A stretch of DNA of 64,000 bases, taken from the NCBI GenBank assembly GCA_030390025.1, contig CM059425.1, positions 163,992,001 to 164,056,000 on the forward strand, given 5' to 3'. The stretch is from Squalus acanthias (Eukaryota). Positions within the stretch are counted from its first letter, which is position 1; every line of letters starts with the position of its first letter. Shown here piece after piece: positions 25,217 to 36,168 of this stretch. Under the pieces are notes generated by a model. It saw only the letters and a list, made by a program, of their open reading frames with translations. It did not search any database and was not told the DNA's origin. Made by a program: the position numbers and the translations under genes.

Positions 25217-25798
25217 ATTAGCTCCATTTGTAGGTAAATTGAAGACAAGGTGCCATGATCTCAAGATAAGCACTAGATACATAAAGGGAAGATTGGAATT
25301 GTTAGAGTTATAGGAATGTGGTGATCAATGCTAAATCGATTTACAGCATTCAAAAAGGTCTGGGTAATTACTTCAAGAAGAATGTTAAGGAGTATGGGGA
25401 GAAACCAGAGGAAAATGGGACTATGCAAAATCAGCCAATACAATGCAGGCAAGATGGACTCCTCCTGTGCTAAAATATTGATGTTTTTATGTTACCACAA
25501 AAAATGTTTGACATTTTGGGCTGGATTTTGACACTGGGGGCGGGCTGGGGGCGTGGCAGGTGGTCGTCGTGTCAGGATCCCGACTCCGATGTGAAGTGGG
25601 ACAAAAGTGCGATTTTGCCCTAATTGGGCACTTGATTTCCAGCATGTGGGAACCCCTGGCCCAATGAGCCTTTTCATACAGAAAGTTGCCTCCGATTACG
25701 TCATCAATGCTGCTGGATTTAAGGCCTACAAGCAGCCTTGTTTCTTTTTCAGACTTTAAACTTTATGCCCATTGTTCTGAGCGCTTCCTTCACCAATT

Positions 25799-27713
25799 AT
25801 GTCCACCAGTGGACCAAAGTGTGCTCCAAGATTCGATGAGGCCTCCCTCCAAGCTCTGGTGGAGGGAGCAAGAGCAAATAAGGAGGTGCTCTTCCCTTCC
25901 TCAGGGAGGAAAAAGCCTCCCCAGCTGACTAAAGCTGTGTGGCTGCAAGTGGCCCAAGAGGTAAATGCTATTTCTATGTGCAGCAGGAAGAGGTTTCATG
26001 ACCTTCTCCGCACAGGAAAAGTGAGTATGACTTTCCCATCACCCTCAATCTGATTCCCATCACCTCTCATCACCAGCACTCTGCTTTGCCAACCTCTTCC
26101 TCCACATCCCACTTGACCCTTACATCCCTGCACCCTTACCCATTCCCTCTCGCTCTATGGTTACATTCACTTAACTATTCGACCATGCAGCCCTCACACT
26201 CCTTATCACTGTGATGCAATGACAACAACTTACAACACACAGGGAGGGCCCTTTGTCTCTGTCTAAGCATCTATGCTATGGATTCTCTCCACTCACTCCT
26301 TCATTCTCACTCAAACTCCACTTGTGTCCCTCATTGCAGGAAAAGAGAGCCCACAATAAGAGGGAAAGGGCGAGGACAGGAGGAGGGCCACCCTCAATAG
26401 CCCAGTTCACCACTTCGGAGGAGGCAGCCCTGGAATCACCGGAGAGGAGGACTGATTCGCAACAGACGGGCGGATCACAGCAAGCTGGTGACAGAATAGT
26501 TTAGCATCTCTTTCATTGACATTGCATGAGTGACTGATAATGATTCTGATGCTCTAACAGATTGACTTATGATCATCTGCACAATTCAATGTGCATGCAA
26601 ACTTTACCTCACATCTCTAACTCTTTCCTTTACTCCCCCACAGGACCATCGAGAGCCCCCGTCCCCACTGTCCAGGAGGAACAGCCTGAGCCTCAAGACT
26701 CCTCTGAGGGTGCAGCTTCAGCAGAATTCAGCCCACCCAGCACCAGCGCAGACAATCACACCTTGGTGGGACCTTCGCGAGATAGAGTAGTGTTGTCACC
26801 TGGTGTATCACAGATCACAAGTGAGCATCAGCAGATGGTGGAGACAGGGACAGCAGTGGAGAGTCCTCGTCGGAGGGTGCAGGACTCTCCCAGCTCAGTT
26901 CAGCTGTATGTCGACCCTGTGCCTCTGGGTCCATCCAGAAGGAGAGCGGTGCTGGAACTCCAGGAACAGGTGCAGGAGTCTCTGGCAGGTTTTGTCTCCA
27001 GGGTCGCTGCGAGTGTGATGTGAATGGAAGAGTCCATCACGAATATGAGCAGAGCCTTTGTGGAGGCATTGGCGCATGAACGCATCACCATGGAAAGGAT
27101 GGCTATCTCCGTGGTAAGGCTGTCTACCGTAGAGAAGAGGATGGCTACGGTAGAGGAGAGGATGGCTACGGCCATGGAGGAGCTTAGTCGCCAGGGTATT
27201 GAAAACATGGTCATTGTTCAGAATAGACTGACATCTCTTGAGGAGCGATGGTCAGCTATTGAGCATAGAAACCAGACCTTCATGGAAGTCCTCTGGAGTA
27301 GGACTTCCAGTGCAGAAACGGGTCCTCATGGCCCCCCTGAAGTGCAGCAAGGTGCTGTCAAGCCACTTGCTAGCTCTGAAGTGGGGCTGACCCATGAGAG
27401 GGATGTTGGTGGCAGACAACAAGGAAGTGGGGGCTCCTCTCCAAGCGCTCACACGACCATGCCACTGCAAAGCCCTCGGTCAGAGCCCCACCAGAGTCCT
27501 CACCCAACTGAGATGGGCGTCTCATCCCCTGCACAGCCGTAGGAGCAGCAGACTGTTGCCGAGCCCTCATAGGTTCGCAACCCCAGAGGACGGCCGCCAA
27601 AGGTGTCGAGACAGGAGCAGCAAGAAAGTGAGCAAGGGGCCTCCACATCTGCTGAAGCCACAGGGGAAGCACCACGTAGGAGTACGCGTAAGAGAAAGAT
27701 AAAGCACAAGTAG
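25799..27713 (+). pseudogene. Three-exon Myb/SANT-like gene with two nonsense codons
   Basis: Exons 25799-26020, 26340-26487 and 26644-27713 (phases 0/1). TGA at 27021-23 and TAG at 27540-42; the exon 3 frame is otherwise continuous to ...PRGRPPK...RRSTRKRKIKHK*. Confidence 0.88.
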
Positions 27714-27855
27714 TCACAAGGGTAGTCACTTGGATGTTCTGTTGTATTGATTTTTGACAAGCCATCCTTGAATTGTGATGATAAACAGATTTGATGGCAA
27801 ACGGTTGAAATTGTGGCCTGTGTCATTTTGCAAATGGGACTTCCACACTGCGGGC

Positions 27856-28191
27856 TTAGGACAACTTGCAATTGTCAGTATGGCTATCAGGGTGATAGGA
27901 ATCCGCAGGTTCTTGTCCATTGTCGATGCTCTGGTAAGAAGGTGTGAGGCAAAAGTGTTTGATTGTGCAGGCTAAGCAAATCTGCCCAACATGAGTGCGC
28001 CCTTTGCATCCCAGGCAGCAATGTGGTCGCGCGCCTTCTGGCCTGTGCAGCTTCAGGTGGGTGAGCAGCAGCTTGGCGCTCCTGTTGTTGATCCTGCTGT
28101 TGGTGGTGCTGTTGTTCATGGTCTGCTGCTGCCACAGCTGGTCTTCGTCCGAATCTGATGTCCAGGAGGAAAGGAAATAAATGGTTCCCAT
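27856..28191 (-). other. Short convergent ORF (111 aa), probably a transposase N-terminal remnant
   Basis: MGTIYFLSSWTSDSDEDQ...FCLTPSY; homologous start at 5267; no DDE motifs. Confidence 0.45.
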
Positions 28192-29029
28192 GCTTCTGGT
28201 ATGTACCTCAGTTGAGGAAGCACTCAGTCAAGGTAGGGAGAGGGGTTTCCCAGGAGGTCACACTGGAGATGGGTGTCAGGCTCCAAACTTCCACAACAAT
28301 GAGTAGGCCTGCTAAAAGTTCTCCCAGACCTGAGACAACAAAGTTCTGCCACCTGCAAATGATCATTGGTGAAAACTCCTTTTTAATGGTGGAGCTGCAG
28401 CTGTTAGTAAGCAGTCCACTTGTGAGGCCGCCAGGATTAACTGGCATGTTCCAGAGGAGATGCGCAGGACGGGGGAAATGTGCTAAAATCAGAAAGGCCT
28501 CTCAAAATGGGATTATAGAGGCAATTAACTGGTAGTTAAGGGCCTTAAGGGCCTATCCTGCCTCTTGGAGGCGGGATGGAAACAGGGTCTGAAAACACGA
28601 ATGTGGGAAAATTGCTCGGAGGTGCGATCGGAGCCGCCTGCCATTTTTTGCGATTTTTACAACTCACACGCCTCCAATCCTGCCTGGCAAAATCGAGCCC
28701 TTTAAATCTAAAAATCTGAAATTTCTACTGTAAAATGGTGCAGTAAAAATGTGTGTTCTATTGAGGGATAAATTTATGCGACCAGTTTGATAGGTCACTT
28801 CCCTCTTCCTGCATTGCCCTCTCCAAGGCCAAATCTTCCTACTGCTCTCTGATTATCCTTTCCACCCTCCCTTTGCCCCCTCTATCTTTACCTCGAATGT
28901 AAAATATGAGCAGCACATGGACGTTTTCTGTTTCAAAAATTGAGACTATTGCTTAACTGCCTCAGCTTCAACCCCCCCCCCCTCCCTCCTACCACTGACC
29001 AGCCCTCCCCATATCCCAGTCATGATCTC

Positions 29030-29550
29030 AGATCACTGTAACTTCTCCTTTATCTGCCCCCCCTCACTCTCATCAGGATTATCATCTTTATGAGACCTAA
29101 TTCTTACACTCTTGACCTTTTCTGAACTCATATCCACACTACTTAATTACTTCTTCTTGATCCAATGGTTCTTTAAATTGTCAATAGTTTATTTTCTTCA
29201 AGTACTGTTCTCTTACCCTTCAATGTTCCCATCATTACCCCTCTTCTTGTAAAGACCATCCTCAGCTGCTGCATCCATTTCAACTACCAATGTATGTTTA
29301 ACTTTCCTGTTCTCTTTAAGGCCTCAAATGTGTCACTGTCACCAAGCTCACCACTCCCATTTCTTCCTGTTTGAATCCCCTAAATGTGGTTTCTGCCCTT
29401 CCCATAGCATCGGTACTTGCCCATGTCAAATTCACCAGTGACCTCCTTTGTGACTGTGAATGTGGTGCATAATATCTCTCTTTCTCCTCCTCAACCTCTC
29501 TGCATCATTCAACACGGTCAAGCACTCCATCCTCCTGCATCGTCTCTTCT
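29030..29550 (+). mobile_element. Degenerate L2 RT fragment
   Basis: Patchy similarity to 46880-47400 (e.g. CCTTTGTGACTGTGA, CTCCTCCTCAACCTCTCTGCA). Confidence 0.6.
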
Positions 29551-29744
29551 GAAATAGCACTGAAATTAATCCACATCATGTTCATGTAACAGTATTCCTT
29601 CCCAAAAGCTTAGGACAAGGGGTTGGTCCTGCTGTCCTGAGACCTCTAGATGATCCTTTGAATGCTAAATATTACACATTATGCTATTTCTCCATTGTCA
29701 CTAACAAATCCTCTGACAATGCTTTGTGTCAACATGGATGTTTG

Positions 29745-30770
29745 GGTCAGAAGGGTGTGGGTTTGAGTCCTATAAAAGGGATTTGGCTCAAAATCTAAGC
29801 TGACACCCCAGTACGGTATCGAGGAAGTGCGATCTCATCTGAGATAATGGGGCAGAAATTAGGCTCGCCATGGGTGAGTACGCGCTGTGTACTCACCCGT
29901 GGACGGAACGAAAGTGCCAGTTTCTTGCATGCACTGCGCATGCGCGGGAAACCGGCACTTCCGTTCCCCTGAAGGAAGGGGTTCAGAGGTCGAACGCGCA
30001 CGCCGGGGGGCCAGCGCGTTCACCTCGCACTTCGGTTTTTTTTACAGGTTCCTCCGTGAGGGTAAGCACGGAGAAGATACACATTGAAAAAAGAGGCGCA
30101 AGGCCTTCTTTTAACAAGGTAAGTGTTGATTTTATTAAAATTTTAACATTTTTTTCACAGATTTATCTTTTTTAATTACTTTAAAGAAAGGTAAGTTTAG
30201 TTTTAGCCCCGTTAAAAAGTGTAATTAATTTTTTCAAAAATTAAAATTTTTGTTTAAAATAGTTAATTAATGTAATTTATAGTTATTTTAAAAATGTGAT
30301 TTTAAAAAAAATGTATTTGTAGTTTTAGGGATGTTTTCGGGGCCGATCTGTATTCATAGATTTGATGGTCTGCTGCCATCGGCTCTCCATGGCCCACGTG
30401 ATCCCAGGGGACGCATCGCACTAACTACGCCCCTGGGATACGCAAGCACTGCGCGCTGGCAGCTGGAGGAGGCCTAGGACCCGAATTCCTCGTGGGCCCA
30501 GGGGTCAATGGCAGGCGCGGTAGGTAGGTGCGCGCGCGATCCTTGCACGCGCGGGAAGCCAGGGAGCCGAATTTCTGGCCGTTTTTGTAGCTGAGGTATT
30601 AACGATTTCTCTTAGTGCTAGTCAGCATTGCTCTCTCAAGCAATACCACCAAAACAGATTACCAGATCATCCATCTTCTTGGGATCATGTTGTGTTTGCC
30701 TAGCTAACAACACTATACTCCAAAGTAATTCACTGTGTGAAATTTTAAGGCAGTTCTGCGTTTGTGAAAC
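29745..30770 (+). mobile_element. Degenerate Deu-domain SINE split by MITE 29849-30580
   Basis: Head GTCAGAAGGGTGTGGGTTTGAGTCC...AAAATCTAAGCTGACAC and tail CCAAAACAGATTA...CAAAGTAATTCA match 51317-51745. Confidence 0.6.
29849..30580 (+). mobile_element. Harbinger-type MITE with an AT-rich core, related to 42491-43246
   Basis: Termini GGGGCAGAAATT / AATTTCTGGCC; shares AAAGGTAAGTTTA...TTTTTCAAAAAATTAAA...ATGGCCCAC.TGATCCCAGGG with the 42491 copy; no clean TSD. Confidence 0.75.
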
Positions 30771-31769
30771 TTACAACACTGGACTCTAAAGTCATTTATT
30801 CTGTGAAATGCTTTGAGGCAAAGTGTGAAAAATCTTCTGTTTTCTGGTGTGATGGAGCGACTTGGATTGTGCATGATGGACCTTCCTCATGTGATACTGA
30901 TGCTGGTGCTGATGCAATATTGATCATGTTTTTAGTGGCAACAGTTTTTTGAATGCTGCAGCTGCAGATGAAATCCCAGCTAATCCATGAATGTTGGTCT
31001 GTAGAGATGGCATAATGAAATATAATTTTTGTATATTAAATATAGTTACCTGAAATGTTGGCAGGGGTTCTCCCAATCTCGTTAACTTCACCAGAAGATT
31101 GGCAGAAACCCTGGAGAAATGGCCATTTATGTCGTTTCTCTGGGGTTTCTGCTGAAGTTATAGCTGGAGATCGCAAAACCTCTGGAAATTCTTCCCCAGA
31201 ATGTTTGTCACATTGATACATCAACATAAATATAATGTCTTGAACTAATGTTATGACTGAAAATACCATCTTGATTTGAATATTGATTTATCTATAGTAG
31301 TTAAGGGATGTACAACTTTTTGGAGCTGAAGGGCTAGATAGTTGTGTCAAAATCAATGAGCATACCACATGATTTTTCAGAAATGCAAGCCCTAATACAA
31401 AGAGACTTCAAACCCTCATGCATAAAAATTACAAGACCCTATACAAAAACGCAACACCATGCACACATAAAAATCAAGATCTCTTCTACCCAAAAGAAAT
31501 CAGACCCTTAATACACACAAAAACAATCCAAATAAGCAAATCATCATCCATAAAAATTGCAAACTCCCCCTACAAAATCAATCTATGTCCCTCTTCCCAC
31601 CATCCTCACCCAATCCTTCCACCTCCCCCCTACTACCCCTGTCGTCACTTCTCCTATCCTTCCCCTCCCTGAAGCTTGAAAACTGGGAAGTTTCAACCTC
31701 CTCTTTGAAAGCCATTGTGACGGTGGGACAAAAGTAGTAACAAAGAGATGGAGTATTGGTGCAGCAGCA

Positions 31770-33525
31770 GGATATAAAGCCAATAGAGGAGCATTCAGCT
31801 TCAGGGAGTCAGGAGTCAGTGCTTTGCTGGAAGAAATTTAATGCACAAAGCACCGGCAGTTTAAGGTAGGGACAGGAGACTACTCGGGACAAAAATTCAA
31901 GTTAATGTGGTGGGAAATTGTAGTGCAGTCAGTACCTTATGAGTCCCGCTTTTTAATGACCTCATATGACAGTTATGATCCTTCCAGCCAGTTTTCTCTG
32001 ATGCCTGCTTATCTAAGATATAGGACTAGGCTGCCCATGCATGTGCAGCCTGCAGAAGTGTACTCCCAGGACTCAGAAGTCCCGAAACAAGGGTATCCTG
32101 GACCCCAAAAGGCTTATGATACCACCGTGCACTGCTGTTGCCCCTGGTCCTCAGGTTGCACCCAGACAAAAAACCTGATGGGTTTGAGAACAGCGCAGAG
32201 CGGCACCATAGGAAAACATAGGAGAAAAATAAGTATTTGTTCTAAATATTAATGTGTACAGTAAAAGTACTTTGTGATTAAAGCCCAGTGTTCAGAAGCA
32301 AATCTGCTTTTTGTTGGAGTTTTGTCTTTCAGTGTTCTTGGAGTATTTCATTTAGAAAGCAGTTACAAGCAGAATGGAGCTTCTTTGCAAGGCAAATAAT
32401 TGAAGGGGAATGTGCAAGGCGCTGGCTTGATATTAGGGACAAGTTATTCATGTCAGTGTGAGGGCTGCATGAGATGACCAGATCTTTGTTGGTTGGAGAA
32501 GGTGGTATTTTTAAGATGTCTAATCTCTCTCCATCTAGATTCAAGGGCCTCATCTGCTTCTTCCAGTTGCTACTGGTCAAGTGGCTGCTAAAGACTCTAC
32601 TGGCTCCTCTTTCTCATCTGAGATCTCTACCAGAAGGTTCTTTATCAAGGAAAAGCTATGAAGTACACAGAATGCCACAACTATTCTGGAGACTCTGGAT
32701 GGTTTGTGCTGTAATGCTTCCCCTAATCTAAGGAGGCAGTAGAAGTGTGCCATCAGAATGCCTATGGTATGCTCCGCAATGATATGATTGCTGTCATGGG
32801 CCTCATTATAGCTTTCCTCCTCATCAGTGGAGGGGATTTAGCTAGGGCAGCAGAGGATTGCCTTTGTTACCAAATAGTCAGCCAGCCCCTTCACCCTCCC
32901 CTTGGAGTAGAGCAGGGGTGTTGGAGTTACACAGGATGAAAGCATTGGTAGGGGCTCAATGAAAGTAGAGTGGAAAAAATGAGATTTTGCTGCTGGAAAC
33001 CGAAGAAAGCCAGTTTAAAGAATGCTTTCCTAGTACAAAAATGTTTTTCACATCGCTCCATTCAAAACTGAGCTATGAGACAAAGTTTGTGAACAGTCAG
33101 AACCTGAGATCAGCCACTTCCTGGTTTGAGTCATGCAGGTAATTCGCACCTCTTTTATATCGGCTTCAGTCAGCTGCAATACTGACAGAAATGGCAGGAT
33201 TTCTTACGGATCATTTGCCTGGAAATTTTCTTGGGTCTTCTTCTGCTCTGTCACTGTAACTTTGACAGGAACCTCATTAACACGCGTAAATGGATTTCCG
33301 CCAAATTCCACCAAATCTCCACTGAGGCTGTGGTGGCTGAACATGAGAAGCTATGAGGAAATTTTCATGTCCATCCACACTTGCATACAGTCGCCACTTT
33401 GGGGATGGGTGCTTCTTCTGCATGTCCCTATTTCCGCCAGAATCTATGGAATATTTTAAAAGGGGCAGACCCTGGTATTTCTGAGTCTTGCCCCGCTCCA
33501 TCGTAAATTTGCCATTTTTGCCCCC
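31770..33525. mobile_element. Highly degenerate Harbinger remnant
   Basis: Minus strand ~32650-32790 reads ..ALQHKPSRVSRIVVAFCVLHSF (cf. ALQYSPEQVSNFVVVCCMLHN); faint Myb-like remnant on + at ~31780-31960; boundaries uncertain. Confidence 0.5.
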
Positions 33526-33937
33526 AAAGTTTGCAGAATATCATGCAAATATGTATTGTCATCTTACTTCTCTTTGAAGGTATTGCATTGGGGATCCTGT
33601 TTTACAATTTTTTTGCTGCATCCAAAACAATGGGAGTGAATTTCCCTGGGGCCTCTCCCACTCCACTACCATAATTTGGTACACCCATTCACATCTTTGG
33701 CTAAAATTCCTAGCCTCATTGGCGAAGGCATGTAAATTGCAGGACTTCCCCCTGACCCTGTGAACTGTGGTGAGGTACACAGCGGAGATCTGAAACCGGC
33801 GCCACCTGGCACTGACCAGTGGAAACAGTGTTTCCCTATATATGTTATCAAAACTCCTCATAATTTTGAACACGTCTATCAGATTTTTTAATCTTCTCTG
33901 TTCAAATAAAATCAGCCCCAGTTTCTCTAGTCTCTTC

Positions 33938-34579
33938 TTCTGCCCTTGCCTCAGCTCATCTGCTGCTGAAACCCTCATCCATGCCTTTGTTACCTCTAGA
34001 CTTGACTATTCCAACGCACTCCTGGCTGGCCTCCCACATTCTACCCTACGTAAACTTGAGGTCATCCAAAACTTGGCTGCCCGTGTCCTAACTCGCACCA
34101 AGTCCCGTTCGTCCATCTCCCGTGTGCTCGCTGACCTACATTGGCTCCCAATTAAGCAGCGCCTCGCTTTCAAAATTCTCATCCTTGTTTTCAAATCCCT
34201 CCATGGCCTGGCCCCCTTCCTATCTCTGTAATCTCCTTCAGCCCCACAACCCCCCCGAGATATCTGCACTCCTCTAATACTGTCCTCTTGAGCATCCCTG
34301 ATTATAATCACTCAACCTTTGGTGGCCGTGCCTTCTGTTGCCTAGGCCCTAAGCTCTGGAATTCCCTGCCTAAACCTCTCCGCCTCGCTACCTCTCTTTC
34401 CTCCTTTAAGATACTCCTTAAAACCTACCTCTTTGACCAAGCTTTTGGTCACCTGCCCTAATTTCTCCTTATGTGGCTCGGTGTCAATTTTTTTTGTTGT
34501 CTTATCATACTCCTGTGCAGCGCCTTGGGACATTTTACTACATTAAAGGCGCTACATAAATACAAGTTGTTGTTGTTGT
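33938..34579 (+). mobile_element. L2 LINE 3' end
   Basis: AETLIHAFVTSRLDYSNALLAGLP...LHWLPI; (GTT)n tail; near-identical to 47945-48580. Confidence 0.93.
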
Positions 34580-34977
34580 ATAACTAAAGCCTCTTCTCCC
34601 TGGTATCATCTTAATGAATCTCTTCAGTCTCTCTATGGCCTTGACATCCTTCCTGAAGTAGGGTGGCCAAAACTGGACACAGTAAACTGACCTAACCAAT
34701 GATTTTGATTACCAGTAATTTCCGTGGGATTTCCCAATCTCCCACTGTAACTTCGGCAGAAAATTGTCAGAGAAATGGTGTAAACAGCTGCTTATGCCGT
34801 TTCTCTGGAGTTTCTGCTGATCTTCCACAAAGTTATGCTGGGAGATAAGGGAATGCCCATAGAAGTTCTACCCCTTTAATTCTTGCATTAGTGCTTTGTT
34901 TTTGTACTGTATGACTCTAATTATAAAATTGAGAGGTCGCACAACACCAGGTTATAGTCCAACAGTTTTATTTGAAA

Positions 34978-35019
34978 TCACAAGCTTTCGGAGCTATCGA
35001 TTGCTCCTTCCTCAGGTGA
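34978..35019 (-). ncRNA. Minimal hammerhead ribozyme, mirror copy
   Basis: Reverse complement of 36127-36168. Confidence 0.82.
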
Positions 35020-35351
35020 AGTAAATTAGATACAGAATCGCCAAAGCATATATAGATAGAAAACAAAGCATGTGTACTTTACAATTGCAGACCAATAAAT
35101 TAAATCATCCTGACTATCTGCCGAGGTGTGATAAAGTTAATTAAGTCAGCCAGGAAGGTACCACATCAAAGACATAGCAAGATACAACTGAGACAATGAG
35201 GTGTAGTCGCAGGGATTCTAACGTGTCAAAAGCTGCCGTCTGTATGTAAAACGAAAAGCTTTAAAAAAATTTTACTTTTTTACTGGGAAAATTTTTACTT
35301 TTTTACTGGGAATCACATCTGTGAACAAGCTAACGACGACTCGAGTCCGGA

Positions 35352-35582
35352 TCACGTCATGTATCGTGACATAAACCCAAGATCCCGATTGAGACCGTCT
35401 TCATGAGTGCGGAACTTGGCTATCAGTTTCTGCTCGATGATTTTGCGTTGTCGTGTGTTTCTAAGGTTGCCTTGGAGAACGCTTACCCGCAGATCCGAGG
35501 CTGAATGTCCTTGACTGCTGAAGTGTTCCCCGACTGGGAGGTAACAATCCTGCCTGGCGATTGTTGCGCGGTGCTCGTTCAT
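35352..35582 (-). pseudogene. C-terminus of a Penelope GIY-YIG endonuclease (mirror copy on + at 35585-35794)
   Basis: MNEHRATI...PVGEHF...H....L...L......RKIIEQKLI..F.T...GLN, the typical PLE endonuclease C-terminal pattern. Confidence 0.85.
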
Positions 35583-36126
35583 ACATCGCCAGGCAGGATT
35601 GTTACCTCCCAGTCGGGGAACACTTCAGCAGTCAAGGACATTCAGCCTCGGATCTGCGGGTAAGCGTTCTCCAAGGCAACCTTAGAAACACACGACAACG
35701 CAAAATCATCGAGCAGAAACTGATAGCCAAGTTCCGCACTCATGAAGACGGTCTCAATCGGGATCTTGGGTTTATGTCACGATACATGACGTGATCCGGA
35801 CTCGAGTCGTCGTTAGCTTGTTCACAGATGTGATTCCCAGTAAAAAAGTAAAAATTTTCCCAGTAAAAAAGTAAAATTTTTTTAAAGCTTTTCGTTTTAC
35901 ATACAGACGGCAGCTTTTGACACGTTAGAATCCCTGCGACTACACCTCATTGTCTCAGTTGTATCTTGCTATGTCTTTGATGTGGTACCTTCCTGGCTGA
36001 CTTAATTAACTTTATCACACCTCGGCAGATAGTCAGGATGATTTAATTTATTGGTCTGCAATTGTAAAGTACACATGCTTTGTTTTCTATCTATATATGC
36101 TTTGGCGATTCTGTATCTAATTTACT

Positions 36127-36168
36127 TCACCTGAGGAAGGAGCAATCGATAGCTCCGAAAGCTTGTGA
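36127..36168 (+). ncRNA. Minimal hammerhead ribozyme in the PLE pLTR
   Basis: Stem I UCAC/GUGA; CUGAGGA(36131-37)+A; stem II GGAGC/GCUCC with an 8-nt loop; GAAA(36157-60); palindromic AGCU; predicted cleavage triplet CUU. Confidence 0.82.

Larger units (their letters stand above)
25518..28700 (+). mobile_element. Non-autonomous PIF/Harbinger-type element carrying only a Myb/SANT gene (3183 bp)
   Basis: TIRs GGGCTGGATTTTG / CAAAATCGAGCCC (12/13 match); 3-bp TSD TTT. Colinear with 2603-5807. Confidence 0.9.

Noticed and set aside
31410..31670. A/C-skewed tracts here and at ~43840-44060
   Set aside because: Low-complexity sequence with no definable unit or coding signal; probably decayed repeat interiors.
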